18,183 bases of DNA from Candidatus Thorarchaeota archaeon. Lineage in GTDB: Archaea > Asgardarchaeota > Thorarchaeia > Thorarchaeales > Thorarchaeaceae. Numbering within the stretch: the first letter of the stretch is position 1; every line of letters starts with the position of its first letter. Of the stretch, positions 15,769 through 18,183 are shown piece after piece. The stretch covers positions 1 through 18,183 of the forward strand of contig JBHLQM010000017.1 of the NCBI GenBank assembly GCA_048884785.1. The letters run 5' to 3'. The notes under the pieces were generated by a model. That model worked only from the letters and a program-made list of their open reading frames with translations. It did no database searches and had not been told where the DNA came from. The position numbers were made by a program, and so were the translations under genes.

Positions 15769-15785
15769 CTATATATTTGCTTTCG
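15769..15785 (-). promoter_or_regulatory. Archaeal BRE/TATA-like promoter for the DUF4386-MDR2-ABM unit
   Basis: Minus strand CGAAAGCAAATATATAG ending about 31 nt upstream of ATG 15738. Confidence 0.45.
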
Positions 15786-15833
15786 TGGCTCTCTTCATTC
15801 AACTTTCCAGCTCTCACATGAATTGGTCTTCAT

Positions 15834-16763
15834 TTACCCCTCTATCGTTACTACGACACATCCTCTCTTTCGTCCCGTTTCGACATATCTGTGAGCTTCA
15901 GGAATCTGTTCGAAGCGATAGGTTTTATCTATGACCGACTTTATCTTCCCCGCATCCATAAGTTCTTTCAAGAACATAAGATACTCAATGTGGTCTTTGC
16001 TCTTGCCCACGCCACCAGAATCTTTGTCGACATTTAGATGGATCCCGTTCTCTTTGAGTGATCCTTTCCATTGTGGAGGAGATAGCTTATCTACGGCGTC
16101 AAATATGACATCGTAGATTTCCCCATTCCTGCTAAAGTCCTCCGTTGTGTAATCAATGACCTTCTCTGCTCCCAGAGATTTGACCAGTTCTAGATTTTTT
16201 GTACTGCACACACCAGTCACTTCAGCACCAAGATGTTTCGCTATTTGCACTGCATAGGTGCCAACATTCCCAGATGCGCCATAAATCAATACTTTTTGTC
16301 CAGGTTCGATATTCCCTTTTTTTAGAACCTTGGCTGCAGTTACACCTCCCCCAAGAACCGGAACTGCCTGTTCAAAAGACATGTTGGCTGGCTTTTTTTC
16401 AAGCATACCATCCTCTCGCATGCACTTGTACTCTGCATAACCCCCTAGTCCTTCCCAGAAAGTAGATGCAAATACCTCGTCACCAACTTTGAATTTTGAT
16501 ACATTTGCACCTACTTCTTCAACTACACCTGCTAGCTCCATGCCCAGAATGTCTTTCTTTGGTTTCGAGAAACCCAAGAATAGGCGCGCTGCGAGTTTTA
16601 GCGCAGGAGGAAGGTCGAGACTGCGCATTTTTACATCTCCAGTCGACACTGTAGTCATCTTTATTCTTATCAGAACTTCATTGTTTTTCGGATTTGGCGT
16701 TTCAATCTCTCTGACCTGTAATACTTCAGGTGGTCCGTATTTGGTAGTCACCATTGCCTTCAT
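15834..16763 (-). CDS. Zinc-independent MDR, quinone-oxidoreductase-like (paralog 3)
   Basis: MKAMVTTKYGPPEVL (ATG 16763, or 16772), ILGMELAG, GGYAEY, VLIYGASGNVG, VIDKTY.FEQIPEAHRYVETGRKRG. The ORF-track extension to 16919 overlaps the upstream gene and is rejected. Confidence 0.9.
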   Translation of the reverse strand: MKAMVTTKYGPPEVLQVREIETPNPKNNEVLIRIKMTTVSTGDVKMRSLDLPPALKLAARLFLGFSKPKKDILGMELAGVVEEVGANVSKFKVGDEVFASTFWEGLGGYAEYKCMREDGMLEKKPANMSFEQAVPVLGGGVTAAKVLKKGNIEPGQKVLIYGASGNVGTYAVQIAKHLGAEVTGVCSTKNLELVKSLGAEKVIDYTTEDFSRNGEIYDVIFDAVDKLSPPQWKGSLKENGIHLNVDKDSGGVGKSKDHIEYLMFLKELMDAGKIKSVIDKTYRFEQIPEAHRYVETGRKRGCVVVTIEG

Positions 16764-16797
16764 TCTTATCATTCCCATTATTGACACAATGCCAATT

Positions 16798-17757
16798 CTA
16801 TGGTATCGTGATGACCACATTCCCTTTCTTGCGTCCGGTATCAGCATATCTATGGGCTTCAGCAATTTGCTCAAACGTATACTTTTTGTCAATGACTGGC
16901 TTGAGAGACCCCGCCTCAACCAGTCCTTTGATGTAAATCAGGTCTTCAAGCTTCCCGCTTGCTGAATCCCCTAGGACTCTCTTGTTGTTCCTCATTGTGG
17001 CGAGCCTGCCTTGAATACTTCTTCTTAGCATGCCTACAGAGTCCAGAAAGACTCCTCCTTCCTTTACCGCTTTCATTGCTTTACGGATTGGTAACTTTCC
17101 TACAGCATCAAAGATTGCATCATATGTTTCGCCGCTCTTTGTGAAGTCCTCCTTGGTGTAGTCGATCATCCTGTCGGCTCCAAGGTCTTTCACCCAATCT
17201 ATATTGCGAGTGCTACAAACTGCAGTCACTTCAGCTCCTAGGTATTTTGCAAGTTGCACTGCATAGGTTCCTACACTACTGGACGCGCCATAAATGAGAA
17301 GCCTCTGATCCTTCTTTACATTCCCTTGTTCTATTAGGAAGAATCTTGCCGTATCCGCTCCAACAGGTATTGCAGCAGCCTCTTCGATTGAAAGATTGCT
17401 TGGCTTTAATGCAATTGAACCATCTTCTGGTAAACAAATGTACTCAGCGTAGGCGCCAAAACCAAAACCAGTACTACCAAATATCTGATCACCGGGTTTG
17501 AATCGCGTCACAGTATTCCCTACAGCTTCAACTTCTCCAGCCAATTCAATACCCAGAATTTTGATCTTGGGTCGTCTAAGGCCATTCATCAACCTAATCA
17601 TAAATGGGTCTGGCTTTCTGAAGCGCCAATCGGCGGCACATACTGTTGTTGCCTGTATCCTAATCAAGACCTCGTTTTCTTCTGGAGAAGGTTTGTCTAT
17701 CTCTTGAATCTGAAGAACCTCAGGAGGTCCATATTTGTCGTAAATAGCAGCTTTCAT
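16798..17757 (-). CDS. Zinc-independent MDR, quinone-oxidoreductase-like (paralog 4)
   Basis: MKAAIYDKYGPPEVL, ILGIELAG, GAYAEY, LLIYGASSSVG, VIDKKYTFEQIAEAHRYADTGRKKGNVVI; GAGG-rich SD upstream. Confidence 0.9.
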   Translation of the reverse strand: MKAAIYDKYGPPEVLQIQEIDKPSPEENEVLIRIQATTVCAADWRFRKPDPFMIRLMNGLRRPKIKILGIELAGEVEAVGNTVTRFKPGDQIFGSTGFGFGAYAEYICLPEDGSIALKPSNLSIEEAAAIPVGADTARFFLIEQGNVKKDQRLLIYGASSSVGTYAVQLAKYLGAEVTAVCSTRNIDWVKDLGADRMIDYTKEDFTKSGETYDAIFDAVGKLPIRKAMKAVKEGGVFLDSVGMLRRSIQGRLATMRNNKRVLGDSASGKLEDLIYIKGLVEAGSLKPVIDKKYTFEQIAEAHRYADTGRKKGNVVITIP

Positions 17758-17942
17758 GAAGTCCCTCTACCTCTAATTACTCCATTCCTGTATTTCATGA
17801 CTCACAAATCTGTAGGTAATAAATGGACCGGTTCTTGACGTCGAATAATTCGGAAATTGGGAGTGGTATGGTATGCATGGAAGTGAAACGGTCAGGAGGA
17901 CATCTTCCGAATATCGCGGAGTTGTCCTATTCCAGTTGTTAT

Positions 17943-18182
17943 TCAGATGAACTCTAGAATTACAGTACCTGAATGATCAGCAAGCTTTACTTTTGTCAAG
18001 TCTTCTCCTGATGAAGATAAGACCCTCCATTTTTCTTTCACATCATGATCATTAAAAGGCCAAGTTAGTTTGAGCGCTTCTTCAAAGGTTGAAGATTCAG
18101 AGCCCCTAATGAAAAACTCCTTTTTCGTATCTCGAATTCTTACTACCCTTGTAATATTTCCCTCGAATCCCTTTAGACTGCC
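17943..18182 (-). CDS. Hypothetical protein, 5' truncated; C-terminus resembles a ubiquitin-like beta-grasp fold (missing from the ORF track)
   Basis: Manual translation: ...GSLKGFEGNITRVVRIRDTKKEFFIRGSESSTFEEALKLTWPFNDHDVKEKWRVLSSSGEDLTKVKLADHSGTVILEFI* (TGA at 17945-17943). Confidence 0.7.
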   Translation of the reverse strand, partial: GSLKGFEGNITRVVRIRDTKKEFFIRGSESSTFEEALKLTWPFNDHDVKEKWRVLSSSGEDLTKVKLADHSGTVILEFI

Positions 18183-18183
18183 T

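Noticed and set aside
16764-16919. N-terminal extension of MDR3 in the ORF track
   Set aside because: It overlaps MDR4 by more than 120 bp; homology among the paralogs begins at MKAM.
14368-17707. Plus-strand ORFs antisense to the MDR cluster (e.g. 14368-14763, 14672-14926, 16489-16965, 17498-17707; likewise 12690-12989)
   Set aside because: Shadow ORFs of real genes; their mutual similarity only mirrors the MDR paralogy.
17756-17945. Selenocysteine read-through of the Ubl-like gene (four successive in-frame stops are all TGA, and a hairpin follows the first)
   Set aside because: The extension is not protein-like and has no redox-motif context; the domain ends naturally at the first TGA; the hairpin lacks a recognisable SECIS core.

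Overview
Gene-dense, roughly 40-45% GC (by eye) prokaryotic window with archaeal hallmarks: GGTG/GGAG ribosome-binding sites, TTG starts, oligo-T terminators, a BRE/TATA-like promoter and a tandem double-Lrp regulator. The gene mix (double-Lrp, orphan double-FtsX permease, SBBP propeller protein, ubiquitin-fold-like ORF) suggests an Asgard archaeon, possibly Thorarchaeia; this is inference only. Layout: (1) 1-3147, minus strand: hypotheticals, a small membrane protein, the Lrp regulator and a C_GCAxxG_C_C protein. (2) 3257-12181, plus strand: an unannotated 39-aa membrane peptide, a Cys/His-rich-domain SAM methyltransferase, an SDR, an FtsX/MacB-type permease, an SBBP propeller and a type-B carboxylesterase. 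(3) 12167-18183, minus strand: four diverged zinc-independent MDR (quinone-oxidoreductase-like) paralogs interleaved with a DUF4386-like membrane protein, an ABM-like protein and another membrane protein, preceded by a truncated ubiquitin-like ORF. No rRNA, tRNA, CRISPR array or mobile element was seen. The best candidates for undescribed biology are the 4xMDR/DUF4386/ABM cluster, the multi-zinc-finger methyltransferase, the Ubl-like domain and a triplicated 13-14 bp motif, one copy of which is inverted over a start codon. All family calls are from motif recognition, not database searches.
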